DNA of 64,000 nucleotides from a virus (Duplodnaviria; Heunggongvirae; Uroviricota; Caudoviricetes): IMG/VR virus record IMGVR_UViG_3300027631_000003; one strand, 5' to 3'. Shown piece by piece: positions 10,588 to 19,837 of this stretch (position 1 is its first letter; each line of letters starts with the position of its first letter). The notes under the pieces were generated by a model. It saw only the letters and a program-made list of their open reading frames with translations, ran no database searches and was not told where the DNA came from. The position numbers and the translations under genes were made by a program.

Positions 10588-11112
10588 TTATTTTTTTAGT
10601 TCATTTAATATGATAGCAATTCTCTCCTCAGTACTACCTTTAATCTCAACTGTACGTTTTGGTTTATATGTTTGTAAGAACCATTTAATAGATTTATCTA
10701 TCCTATCCCGATACTCAGGATTAGTTTCTCTAATACCATTATTTTCTATATCTACACCCTCGGGCGATACATAAAAAATAATATCGTATTGCTTAGCCAA
10801 CAACATAGCCGCGTCAAATAATATCTCTTTTTCATTAGATTTAATCGACTTAGCCTCTTTAGTAAATGCACAAACATCATATACTGTTCTGTCAGTTAAT
10901 AGATTATCATTAAATAATTCACTCGCACGCTCAGCAATGAAAACCAACTGACCTTTAACACTAGAGTCAGTATTTAATGGGATACCTAAATCACTTAAAT
11001 ATTTAGATCGTTCAACACACCCAGTATAATCCTTAAACTCATCTAATTCTAATAATGCTTTAACCAATGTAGTTTTACCTACAGACATTGTACCTGCTAA
11101 ACCTATTTTCAT
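10588..11112 (-). CDS. P-loop nucleotide kinase (dNMP-kinase gp1-like / AAA_28-like)
   Basis: 174 aa with N-terminal Walker A GTMSVGKTT. T4 gp1 (dNMP kinase) also sits inside the structural gene block. Confidence 0.5.
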   Translation of the reverse strand: MKIGLAGTMSVGKTTLVKALLELDEFKDYTGCVERSKYLSDLGIPLNTDSSVKGQLVFIAERASELFNDNLLTDRTVYDVCAFTKEAKSIKSNEKEILFDAAMLLAKQYDIIFYVSPEGVDIENNGIRETNPEYRDRIDKSIKWFLQTYKPKRTVEIKGSTEERIAIILNELKK

Positions 11113-11429
11113 CGTGCTAAACCTAATGTTAATGCTTTATTGTGACTAACTTCTTTACCATTCTTTGGATTGATGTATGTTCTATGAGCAACAGGAATCC
11201 AATGATTATCTCTATGAGTATAATCAAGAATATGATTATATCCCTTAGGATAAAAACATTCTACCGATATAGGTCCGGATGGGTTTTTGTCTAGATCGTA
11301 TGTCCATACATCTCTCGTACCATCTGCATGATTAAATTCACGAGTATATTTACGTTTTTGTGGTTGGATCACACCTTCAGTAATTAACGTTTCACGATTT
11401 TTGGGTCTACCCCGTCTTTCTGTTTTCAT
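11109..11429 (-). CDS. Hypothetical basic protein with N-terminal AT-hook-like RRGRPKN
   Basis: 106 aa. Early promoter-like motif lies upstream at 11451..11468. Confidence 0.45.
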   Translation of the reverse strand: MKTERRGRPKNRETLITEGVIQPQKRKYTREFNHADGTRDVWTYDLDKNPSGPISVECFYPKGYNHILDYTHRDNHWIPVAHRTYINPKNGKEVSHNKALTLGLAR

Positions 11430-11450
11430 AATATTAATGTTTGTTTAATA

Positions 11451-11468
11451 TAAATATAATTAGGAAAC
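11451..11468 (-). promoter_or_regulatory. Early promoter-like motif (gene-strand consensus TTTCYWRATTAYMTTTA)
   Basis: + strand reads taaatataattaggaaac, ~20-40 nt upstream of ATG at 11429. Confidence 0.5.
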
Positions 11469-11475
11469 AAATATT

Positions 11476-12816
11476 TTACTCTACTCCTGTTATTTGCTCT
11501 AGTATATCTCTTTGAATTAGTTTTTCAGCAACATAAATACCGTGTGCCCCTGATACTGTAATTCCACGAGCTGATAATGCATCACCTACAAAATGTACAT
11601 TAGGGTAGTCGTTTAATGATAAATCGTGGTAATTAACTAACGGTTCAGGTGATAAGTATTTAACTTCAGGAATATACATTCCCCAATCATCTCCAAATTC
11701 AAATATTTTATTCATATCTTGAATAAAATCCCAAACATATTTAAAATATCCATCAAGTGCAGGTTCAACTACATGAGCAAGTGTATCTAAACTAATTCGA
11801 GTAGCTGATACTTCATTACCTTCTGATGTTGTTGATGGAGTTCTAGATGGTGAGTAATATAATCCTGTTCCGTTTGATTGTAGTTTTTGTACTACATTTC
11901 TACTCCAAGCAAATGGATCTTCGATACCCTTAATTTCCATTAGGATACCGAAGTTAGTCATATTGTTCCGGAATTGTTCCCCTTTTTTCGCATGACCATT
12001 GTAAGTAACATCACCATAAGTTTCCTCAACGGCCACATAAGCAGCGTTATTGTTAGTGCAGAAACTACGAAGAGATACGTTATCGAATTTCTGATAAAGT
12101 TTGAAATCATAGCTGACATCGATTAATTTTTGAAAATATTTTTGTGGTGCTTCAAATCGAACACCAATTTGTACTGATTTAGGTTCATTTGGTAATTGGT
12201 AATCATCTGCTAATTTTTGAGCAAAATCAATACCTGATTTACCTACTGCAAATATTAATTTATCATATTTTAAACTTTTATACCCATCTAGTATATTATT
12301 AGTTTTATAATCTAAATAATTTAAATGAAATATTATATCTTTAACTTCACAATTCCATATAAACTCAACACCTTTATCAGTTAAATATGAATACCACGCT
12401 TTAGCAATTTCATGCAAATAATTTGAACCAATATGCCATACTGGAAATAAACGTAATCCAAAATATGGTTTGATGAAATCAGGTTCAGCAATAGGATCAG
12501 ACATAAATATTTCGTCTGGTTTAGGATGAAAACGAGTAAAATTATCTACTACTTGCTTCATCAATTCCATTGCTTTATCTTCACCACAATACTTAGCTAA
12601 CTGACCACCGATTTCAGTATGATAAGTTAACTTACCATCTGACCACCCACCAGCACCTAACATACCTGTCATTACTTCTTCAGGTAAACGATTATGTGGG
12701 TCATTTCCTTTATCAATGATTTTGATTAATTCACCCGGATATCCATTATCCACTAATTTAGTAGCAGCGTTAATACCTGCTACTCCAGCACCTACGATTA
12801 TAATTTTTTTGTCCAT
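11476..12816 (-). CDS. FAD-dependent oxidoreductase (Rossmann GxGxxG at N-terminus; COG2509/HI0933-like family uncertain)
   Basis: N-terminal KIIIVGAGVAGINAA dinucleotide-binding motif, and a C-terminal HFVGDALSARGITVSGAHG FAD-binding motif. The ORF-track start at 12885 would read through a terminator hairpin, so the start is more likely ATG at 12816 (MDKKIIIVGAG). Confidence 0.6.
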   Translation of the reverse strand: MDKKIIIVGAGVAGINAATKLVDNGYPGELIKIIDKGNDPHNRLPEEVMTGMLGAGGWSDGKLTYHTEIGGQLAKYCGEDKAMELMKQVVDNFTRFHPKPDEIFMSDPIAEPDFIKPYFGLRLFPVWHIGSNYLHEIAKAWYSYLTDKGVEFIWNCEVKDIIFHLNYLDYKTNNILDGYKSLKYDKLIFAVGKSGIDFAQKLADDYQLPNEPKSVQIGVRFEAPQKYFQKLIDVSYDFKLYQKFDNVSLRSFCTNNNAAYVAVEETYGDVTYNGHAKKGEQFRNNMTNFGILMEIKGIEDPFAWSRNVVQKLQSNGTGLYYSPSRTPSTTSEGNEVSATRISLDTLAHVVEPALDGYFKYVWDFIQDMNKIFEFGDDWGMYIPEVKYLSPEPLVNYHDLSLNDYPNVHFVGDALSARGITVSGAHGIYVAEKLIQRDILEQITGVE

Positions 12817-12836
12817 AATAAATTTTAAATTGCTTT

Positions 12837-12854
12837 TAAATATAATTAAGAAAG
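12837..12854 (-). promoter_or_regulatory. Early promoter-like motif
   Basis: + strand reads taaatataattaagaaag, upstream of ATG at 12816. Confidence 0.5.
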
Positions 12855-12875
12855 GCCCAATCTTACGATTGGGCC
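12841..12875 (-). terminator. Intrinsic terminator: GGCCCAATC-ttacg-GATTGGGCC hairpin plus T-rich tract, immediately followed by an early promoter-like motif
   Basis: 9-bp stem at 12854..12875. The minus strand continues TTTCTTAATTATATTTAAAAG. Confidence 0.65.
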
Positions 12876-12920
12876 ACAGATCCATTTTTAATATTAAGTC
12901 GAACGGCTATGAATCGTTCT

Positions 12921-13910
12921 TTAAATTTTTAATAATCCTTCTGGATTTATTATAATAGCACCTCCGTTAATATAGGTATTATTTAATATGTCGTCAGTTG
13001 ATAAATTATTGATACCTTCTTCAGTTACTTTTCTAAATGATATTTTTCCATTTTCAGTAACATTTGCCATATATCCTCCAAATCCAGGTTTTTTAGCAAA
13101 TTTAATAAGTAATATCTGTTTTAATAATTTAGCAGCGCCTTCATTACTATCAAACGAAGACTCTAAATTCAATAATTGTAATAAAGAATCTACTTTAGCA
13201 TAAATATTCCCAATCAAAGAATACTTATCGGATAATTCTCTTAAATCTGAACTACTAAAATCTCTTAAAGTATTAAACGTATTAGTTAAGTCTACTTTAT
13301 TAAAATTTGTTGATGTTGATACTTTTTTACTTGCTCCTTTACTTTCTAAAGATGAAACTAAAGCATCTAAACCAAATAATGTATTTAATAATTCAATATT
13401 TGCTTTATCTGAACCAAATTTACCTAAAGTCATACGATTAGTATCATATGCTTTTACTTCAACTCCAACTCCATCAATATTCAAATCCGGATTATCTCCT
13501 CCTTGAGTACCTATAGCATCATGTCCTGCCTGATGGGCAAATAACCAATATAAAGCAATTTCACCATTTCCAGTTCCTTTAGAACCAGCACTGCCTACTT
13601 CTTTCCCACCTTTTGGAGGAGATATTGGGTATAATCTTTTAAATATTTCTCCATCATTCCCACTTAAAGAAATATTAGCACCTAAAGAATATTTACCTTG
13701 AACTGCAGGCACTACTTCAACATTTAAAGCAGATTGTATTGTTTTGTCATACAATTCTGTTTCTTCAGTTATTGGGCGGGATTTTAAATCTAATTCCAAT
13801 TCAGATAAAATTTCTTGCATTAATTTTTTATCTGAAGGATCAGTTAGATTAGGATATCCTTTAGGAAAACGATATGAGTATTGCTTTAAAAATCTATCTA
13901 TAACATTCAT
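12921..13910 (-). CDS. Hypothetical protein
   Basis: 329 aa ORF followed by hairpin terminator 12854..12875. Confidence 0.5.
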   Translation of the reverse strand: MNVIDRFLKQYSYRFPKGYPNLTDPSDKKLMQEILSELELDLKSRPITEETELYDKTIQSALNVEVVPAVQGKYSLGANISLSGNDGEIFKRLYPISPPKGGKEVGSAGSKGTGNGEIALYWLFAHQAGHDAIGTQGGDNPDLNIDGVGVEVKAYDTNRMTLGKFGSDKANIELLNTLFGLDALVSSLESKGASKKVSTSTNFNKVDLTNTFNTLRDFSSSDLRELSDKYSLIGNIYAKVDSLLQLLNLESSFDSNEGAAKLLKQILLIKFAKKPGFGGYMANVTENGKISFRKVTEEGINNLSTDDILNNTYINGGAIIINPEGLLKI

Positions 13911-14374
13911 TATGCTTCTGCAGGTGTTTCTTCAGCTGGTGCCTCTTCAGGAGCAGCATTTAGATTTTGGGATGGTGTAGCTGCTCCTTTATCAGGATTG
14001 ATTGGACCTACAATTAATAACTCTTGTATTGCTTTGATAGCACGTTGTTCTTCGCCTAAATTAGCTAGATTATATTGCGTACCAGCTACACGAGCAGTGA
14101 ATTCAGAACCGTTCCAAATTAAATGATATGTGTTAAAATTCTTTAGTGTAATTTTGAATGTAGTAGGACGAGGTGCTACCCATTCAATATTTTCTACGAA
14201 TGCAGTAAAGTCTTCAGACATTAATGTAATTAATGTTTCTTGAAGTTTAGGGAATTTCTCCAACATTGGAGAATATTTAAAAGCAGCAGCCGTTGGGGTC
14301 TCTAACTTTTCAGTGTTACCCGCAATCTTTTGTGCTGCTGCTCTTACTTTATCTGCTAATTCCTTTTTAGTCAT
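13910..14374 (-). CDS. Hypothetical protein
   Basis: 154 aa, start/stop-coupled to neighbours. Confidence 0.45.
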   Translation of the reverse strand: MTKKELADKVRAAAQKIAGNTEKLETPTAAAFKYSPMLEKFPKLQETLITLMSEDFTAFVENIEWVAPRPTTFKITLKNFNTYHLIWNGSEFTARVAGTQYNLANLGEEQRAIKAIQELLIVGPINPDKGAATPSQNLNAAPEEAPAEETPAEA

Positions 14375-14376
14375 TA

Positions 14377-14805
14377 TTACAATTGAGTAGAATCGATTGC
14401 AACTTCTTCAACTGATTCTTCAGTTTCTAGAACTTCATCTTTTTCCTCTGGCTTCTCGTCTTTTTTGTCAGACTTAACACTTTTCTTTTTACCTTTTTTA
14501 TCAGCGTCTTTACCGCCTGACATTTTTTCCTCAATTGCCAATCTAGCACCTTCATATTCATTTATTGATTTGTCCATCTCTTCCATTACTTTGGCGTATA
14601 ATTTTTCGCCTAAATAGTGAGATAGGTTAACTTTTCCCATTAATTCCATTACTTTTTTAGCTTTAGTAGCTTCTTGCTCAATACGAGCCATTTTAGCTTC
14701 GTTTGCTGCGATATCACCTGCCTCATCAATTTGAGCGATACGGTGAGAAACTGCTTCAGCAATCATTGACTTAACTAAAGCACGTAATTTTTCTTTCTGA
14801 TTCAT
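14377..14805 (-). CDS. Hypothetical coiled-coil protein with Lys/Glu-rich C-terminus
   Basis: 142 aa ORF. Confidence 0.45.
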   Translation of the reverse strand: MNQKEKLRALVKSMIAEAVSHRIAQIDEAGDIAANEAKMARIEQEATKAKKVMELMGKVNLSHYLGEKLYAKVMEEMDKSINEYEGARLAIEEKMSGGKDADKKGKKKSVKSDKKDEKPEEKDEVLETEESVEEVAIDSTQL

Positions 14806-15434
14806 TATTTTTTAAGTTTTATTTTCCAAGCTAAGTTGAAACCAATATATTTATTTAGATTGTTATCCAAATATACATTCAGTCCATAAATATTGTCTTT
14901 CTTTGTTTTCAATGTAAGTTGTGGGCCAACTAATACATTTGAATTTCCTACTACACCTGATATACCAGCATATACTTGATTTTTAGGTAATTCTTTTACT
15001 ATTTTAGTGTCAGTAATTGTACGTTCTTTAATTTGAGCACTCCATTTACGTCCAATAATTTTATTCATAGATATAGTATCGGTTAATTCAATTGTACCTA
15101 AATTATTATCTAGCACTAATTTATCTTTATATAATACTTTTTTATTGTATTCTTGTACTATTCTAATAGTATCGCCTTTTAAATAGACAGGTACTTCAAC
15201 ACGTTTTTCTTTTTCAACTATAGTTTCGTGGTATATATCTTCACCTTTAACATATTTTGTTTTATAGTGATCTATAACAACAGTATCTATTTTTTGCTTT
15301 AGTAATTCATAGTTCTTACCATCCACGTTTACTAACGGCTTATCGCTGTCTTCTTTAGACGTGCATTGTTGAACAACAATCACTCCAACTAACACCAATA
15401 TAATGATAATGAAGAAATTTGCTTTAGTAATCAT
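14805..15434 (-). CDS. Membrane-anchored or secreted protein (N-terminal hydrophobic segment ending in Cys)
   Basis: 209 aa. N-terminus MITKANFFIIIILVLVGVIVVQQC is signal/anchor-like. Confidence 0.5.
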   Translation of the reverse strand: MITKANFFIIIILVLVGVIVVQQCTSKEDSDKPLVNVDGKNYELLKQKIDTVVIDHYKTKYVKGEDIYHETIVEKEKRVEVPVYLKGDTIRIVQEYNKKVLYKDKLVLDNNLGTIELTDTISMNKIIGRKWSAQIKERTITDTKIVKELPKNQVYAGISGVVGNSNVLVGPQLTLKTKKDNIYGLNVYLDNNLNKYIGFNLAWKIKLKK

Positions 15435-15446
15435 ATCTTTATTATT

Positions 15447-16730
15447 TTACCATTTTTTACAAGACCAATAATTAGCTTTCCAACGTGGTCCTGGGTTACT
15501 ACAATTATGTCTTGCTCTATACGCGGCACGGCGTTTTGGGTTTTTAGCTTTAATAACCATTCGTTTACCTTTAGCTGATTTACCTCCAAAACCGAAGTTA
15601 ACTTTTACAACTTTGCCTTTAGCATTTTTAACATATACTTTAAATTTTTTAATATCGCCTTGCATTATTTTACCTAATTGAACTTTACGTCCACGGTATT
15701 CAGCTTCGGTTAATTTAGATTCAGTTAATTGACGAGAGTATTCTTTCATAAACATGATAAATCCCTCGTAATCCTCTTCACTTTCTACATCATATTCTTC
15801 ATCTAAATCAGCTCCAATATCATTTACGTCTTGGTATGCATATTTATTTAAAGGTTCAATTGTACCTAAAATTACTTGTGGATTTATACCTTTTGCTCTA
15901 GCAACCATTAAACGAGTATTACCACCTACTAAATAATATTTATTCGGAGAATATTGGAGAATCAACGCAGGAGGTGTTTTTTCAGCGGCTAATATGCTTT
16001 GAATGTCTTTACCGTAATATTGCGCCAATTCAATCGCTTCTTCCTCAGAATTTATATCGTATGAGTCAGTATTTTCTAAACGACTCCACATTTCATCAGT
16101 TAATGTAACTTCTTTACCACTTGCGAATGAATTATATACTACATCATATGGTAGACCTAATTCATCTGCTGTACGTTCTATTTCCTCATTTTCGGCTTGT
16201 AAAATAGGAATCCATAATAATGGAGATTTACTTTCTAAACGTACTTTAGCTTTATCTGTATTTGGAACAACACGATCGCCTTTACGATCAGCAGCTGCTT
16301 TTTTACGAGCAGTAGCAGCGCGTTCTTCTTTAGATAATGAATTTGCTTTAGCACGAGGTAAACAACGAGTTGTTGCTTGCCCTTTTTTCATTGTACCACA
16401 TGGACCTGTTATATTACCTTGAGTATCGATTCGAACCCAATCTTCTTTTTCAAACCAATCACGAAGTGACTCATGCATATCTAACTCGTCTTCCTCCATT
16501 AATCCTTTACATACTTTAACAGCACGACCAGATAAATAAGCAGATGGTACTTCACCAGCAGCTATACGACGATCATAGTAAGCTTTACCCTTAGGACAAA
16601 GCTTTTTTTCCGTTATAACACTATCAACTATGGATTTTATTTTATTCTGATCCATTTTCTTCTTGTTTTGGTAGAAACCAATTTGAGCACCATTTAGATG
16701 GATCTTTAATTTGGTTTCCATCATTATCAA
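15447..16730 (-). CDS. Hypothetical protein with Lys/Arg-rich C-terminal tail (start possibly at internal Met ~16655)
   Basis: 427 aa. Overlaps the 85-aa ORF upstream unless it starts at M26. The segment YYLVGGNTRLMVARAKG is weakly ParB/Srx-like. Confidence 0.45.
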   Translation of the reverse strand: MIMMETKLKIHLNGAQIGFYQNKKKMDQNKIKSIVDSVITEKKLCPKGKAYYDRRIAAGEVPSAYLSGRAVKVCKGLMEEDELDMHESLRDWFEKEDWVRIDTQGNITGPCGTMKKGQATTRCLPRAKANSLSKEERAATARKKAAADRKGDRVVPNTDKAKVRLESKSPLLWIPILQAENEEIERTADELGLPYDVVYNSFASGKEVTLTDEMWSRLENTDSYDINSEEEAIELAQYYGKDIQSILAAEKTPPALILQYSPNKYYLVGGNTRLMVARAKGINPQVILGTIEPLNKYAYQDVNDIGADLDEEYDVESEEDYEGFIMFMKEYSRQLTESKLTEAEYRGRKVQLGKIMQGDIKKFKVYVKNAKGKVVKVNFGFGGKSAKGKRMVIKAKNPKRRAAYRARHNCSNPGPRWKANYWSCKKW

Positions 16731-16899
16731 CTAATTCAGAAGTACCCATATGTTCTTGATAATTTGTACTTGAACACATATGTTTATCGTCTTGCTTATA
16801 GTAAAATTTACATACGTGGCATCCAAATCCTACTGGAGAATACATGTATGGAGGTGATATCTCAGATACTTCACTTAATATGTTGATTAATTTAATCAT
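16642..16899 (-). CDS. Small Cys/His-containing hypothetical protein
   Basis: 85 aa ORF with a Cys/His cluster, GCHVCKFYY...HMCSS. Overlaps the 427-aa ORF. Confidence 0.35.
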   Translation of the reverse strand: MIKLINILSEVSEISPPYMYSPVGFGCHVCKFYYKQDDKHMCSSTNYQEHMGTSELVDNDGNQIKDPSKWCSNWFLPKQEENGSE

Positions 16900-17102
16900 T
16901 ATTTACCTTTATTCTTTATCTTATAATATATTTGTACCCCGAGCCATCCAATAGATAGGATGTAAAATAGACCAGTAAGTACAGGATTTAACATAGAAAA
17001 AAAGCTATTAAATAATGCTATACACGTTGTTGCTACCCCGGCAGCATTTAGCTCATTTGATTGATGCATTTTATTAAGAAGAGATAAAAATGTTATGACC
17101 AT
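16899..17102 (-). CDS. Small two-helix membrane protein
   Basis: 67 aa with two hydrophobic helices. Confidence 0.45.
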   Translation of the reverse strand: MVITFLSLLNKMHQSNELNAAGVATTCIALFNSFFSMLNPVLTGLFYILSIGWLGVQIYYKIKNKGK

Positions 17103-17107
17103 AAATA

Positions 17108-17695
17108 TTAACTATTTAATTTAGCCCGTGATTCTTCTACGTCTTTCATTACTTGTTCGCGTATTTTCTGTTTATCTAAAGCTTTTACATGCCAATCTTC
17201 AATATCGCCTTGCTCAGTTACGAATCCATTATTAGAATCCATTGAATTTAAAAATGAATCAAATCCACTTACAAATTCATCTAACATAAAATTAGCATTG
17301 GCTTTAACAATTCCTTTTTCGTATTCTTTATATTTACCTTCTACTTTTAATTGTGTTTCCATTTTAATAACACAATCAAAACAAGTTTTGTGAAGTGTAA
17401 ACATTCTTTTATCATGTTCAGTTTTCATAGGTTTTGAACAAGATGGGCATAGTAATGGAGTGAATACAGCTTTTTTAGCTCTATCTAGTTTGGTAACACT
17501 CATTTTGATACCATTTCTTATAGTCCATTTTCTACCAAATTCTTCCCACACATCTCCTTCAGAACGTTTAATGTATTTTGAAGTATATCCTACTTGAGTT
17601 TGAGTAGCATCATCTTGCTTACCTGATACTAGATTACGAATACGTTGTAGGTCTCGTGTTTGAAATTCTTTTTGTAATAATGTTTCTTTAGCCAT
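17108..17695 (-). CDS. Zn-ribbon protein (CPSC...CFDC)
   Basis: 195 aa, with CxxC...CxxC. Translationally coupled to the downstream Pnk-like gene. Confidence 0.5.
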   Translation of the reverse strand: MAKETLLQKEFQTRDLQRIRNLVSGKQDDATQTQVGYTSKYIKRSEGDVWEEFGRKWTIRNGIKMSVTKLDRAKKAVFTPLLCPSCSKPMKTEHDKRMFTLHKTCFDCVIKMETQLKVEGKYKEYEKGIVKANANFMLDEFVSGFDSFLNSMDSNNGFVTEQGDIEDWHVKALDKQKIREQVMKDVEESRAKLNS

Positions 17696-17696
17696 T

Positions 17697-18932
17697 TTAT
17701 AACCCTAATTTTTGTAATTGTTTTATTGTTGATTCTGTAGATGTATGACGAATGCCAATACCACCTGCATCTATCCATTGTTGGATATTATCTTTTCTAT
17801 CGTCAATTAATATAGCATTTGGTTCTGCTAGATCTTTTTTATCTTTTGCTTGTTTAAATATAACTGGAGTGGAAGGTAAATTATTGTTTATCCATTCTTG
17901 CTTACCTATTTCTGATGATGGTTCACGTGATGGGGCCGTTAATAATTTAGGGTTGTATTGTTTAATATAATTCCATAATTGTTGTCCATCAGACATCCAA
18001 TTTAACTCAGCCCAAAATTTAGCACCTGCTTTAGTGATTGCAGACCAAAAATCATTTTTATCATATGTTGAATCAACACCAGGTGTTTGTTTGCCTGTTA
18101 AATCATTGTACCCACGTTCAAAATCAACTAATACACCATCCATATCACAATATACTTTATATTGTTGTTGAGCTTCAGCTAACATAGCAATTTTAGATTT
18201 AGCTGAATCTAGTGTATCTGTTTGTGGGATTTGTTTAACTAATGAAATTATATCTTGGTTTAATTGTTCAGCGTCTGCTTTAGATTTAGCTTGTTCTTCT
18301 GGTGTTTTGGGTTTACCTTTAAATCCAGCAGTATCAAAATACAATTTTTTAACTTCAGTAGGATCAAATGTTTTATTAGCATCTTCAGGATCGTTATTAA
18401 TTAAAATAAAACGATTACCAAATTCTTGACGATATAAATCTATATTTTTATTTGTATCTCTCCAAGTACGTAATACAATTTGAGGTAATAATGAACGATC
18501 ACGTTCAGCATTACGTTTTAAAGATGTCATAGGTGAAACATATAACATTAACATCATTGTTTCGTATCCTAATTCTTCTAATTCTGTTTTTTTCTTTAAT
18601 AATGGTTTAGATGCAGCACCAGTACCATCAATAATAACGTTATTTAATCCTTCAAGCGCTTTAGCATACTTTTCCTTAGTAGCTCCTTGAGCTTGGCCCA
18701 TTAATTTAGCTGCTTGAGATAATTCTTCAGGACCGAAATCTTTTAAATTAGTACCTAAACCAGATGACTTAAGTAATTCCTCGTATGTATCGTCTACATT
18801 TATTACTTGATATTTTTCAACTGGAAGTAATTGTTTTAATGTATAAGTTTTACCTGAGCCAGCAGGGCCAGCTAAAAATATAGCTTTTGGCTTTCCAGTT
18901 ATTTCTTGTAATATATCAAATAATTTTATCAT
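17697..18932 (-). CDS. Polynucleotide 5'-kinase / 3'-phosphatase-like protein (T4 Pnk family architecture: P-loop kinase + HAD phosphatase)
   Basis: N-terminal Walker A AIFLAGPAGSGKT. C-terminal HAD motif I, DMDGVLVDF. The tail ILIDDRKDNIQQWIDAGGIGIRH resembles the T4 Pnk C-terminus [23 protein letters not shown]. Confidence 0.55.
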   Translation of the reverse strand: MIKLFDILQEITGKPKAIFLAGPAGSGKTYTLKQLLPVEKYQVINVDDTYEELLKSSGLGTNLKDFGPEELSQAAKLMGQAQGATKEKYAKALEGLNNVIIDGTGAASKPLLKKKTELEELGYETMMLMLYVSPMTSLKRNAERDRSLLPQIVLRTWRDTNKNIDLYRQEFGNRFILINNDPEDANKTFDPTEVKKLYFDTAGFKGKPKTPEEQAKSKADAEQLNQDIISLVKQIPQTDTLDSAKSKIAMLAEAQQQYKVYCDMDGVLVDFERGYNDLTGKQTPGVDSTYDKNDFWSAITKAGAKFWAELNWMSDGQQLWNYIKQYNPKLLTAPSREPSSEIGKQEWINNNLPSTPVIFKQAKDKKDLAEPNAILIDDRKDNIQQWIDAGGIGIRHTSTESTIKQLQKLGL

Positions 18933-19804
18933 TTTATAATAAACATTTCAGGTCGCATTTGAGCGAAGTTTCTCATCATTATAGCGGCAGCAGCATTAGC
19001 TTCATTTTCATGAGCATGTCCTGTCTTGCCAGATTCAGGTGTTAATCTATTTTGTATGTCTTGCTTATAATGAACTAATTCATGTGCTAATGTTCTAAAA
19101 ACATCTGCTTGATGACGATTAGCTACACTTAATTCAATACTTTTATTATTTGGATCGTATCCGCCAAATGAACGTCTTGATTCTGCAGTTGTAGGATCGT
19201 AAGACATTTTTAATGGGGGTAATGATTTTAATTTTAAATATTCTCTACAATATCCAATAAATTCTTTCAATAATGGGAATTTATCTTCATATAATGATTC
19301 ATGCATTGGTTCTTCATTGTTATTATAAACACTACCATACGCATCAAAAAATTGCTTTGTAGTAATACCAGCAGGTAAAAATTTAGCTATTTGTTTTACA
19401 TTACGAGCTTGAATAGCATCTCTAAAGTCAGTTGCTGATATATTTTCAAAATTACCAGCATCAAATACTTCTACTTTAGGATTATTAGATAATGAAGCAA
19501 AACGTGAACTTTCTTCTTTACCAAATGCAACTACAAAATCTTGATCAGGATTATTTTTAATCGATGATAATGTATAATATACAGGAGAACCTTCAGCAGC
19601 TATAACTTTAACTTTAGGACCTAATATATTAGTATATAATTCCCAAATCTTTAATGATTGTTCTACTGATACTCCACCACGTTCTTTAGATGAAACGGCA
19701 ACTACCACCTCAGAAATATCATCTCTATCAACTAATAATTTGACTACTTGGAAATGACCTTTATGAGGTGGTTTAAACGCGCCTGGATAAATTGCTATCT
19801 TCAT
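18929..19804 (-). CDS. Nucleotidyltransferase (HxGH cytidylyl/adenylyltransferase fold) fused to C-terminal HExxH metallopeptidase-like region
   Basis: N-terminus MKIAIYPGAFKPPHKGH carries the (T/H)xGH motif of NMNAT/CoaD/TagD-type nucleotidyltransferases. The C-terminus has HELVHYKQ. Overlaps the Pnk-like gene start (ATGA). Confidence 0.5.
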   Translation of the reverse strand: MKIAIYPGAFKPPHKGHFQVVKLLVDRDDISEVVVAVSSKERGGVSVEQSLKIWELYTNILGPKVKVIAAEGSPVYYTLSSIKNNPDQDFVVAFGKEESSRFASLSNNPKVEVFDAGNFENISATDFRDAIQARNVKQIAKFLPAGITTKQFFDAYGSVYNNNEEPMHESLYEDKFPLLKEFIGYCREYLKLKSLPPLKMSYDPTTAESRRSFGGYDPNNKSIELSVANRHQADVFRTLAHELVHYKQDIQNRLTPESGKTGHAHENEANAAAAIMMRNFAQMRPEMFIIK

Positions 19805-19837
19805 TAATTAATATACAGTATAATATACTAATAAATA

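Noticed and set aside
16642-16899. Treating the 85-aa ORF as purely an artefact of overlap with the 427-aa ORF
   Set aside because: Not fully rejected. The 427-aa ORF has an internal Met (~16655) that removes most of the overlap. The 85-aa ORF is kept at low confidence.
10588-19804. Idea that the 174-aa P-loop kinase plus the HxGH nucleotidyltransferase form a split NadR-like (NRK+NMNAT) NAD salvage pair
   Set aside because: The two genes are 8 kb apart in different coupled units. The kinase sits where T4 places gp1 dNMP kinase within structural genes. The HxGH motif alone does not discriminate NMNAT from CoaD/TagD-type enzymes. Retained only as a remote possibility under the end-healing cassette finding.
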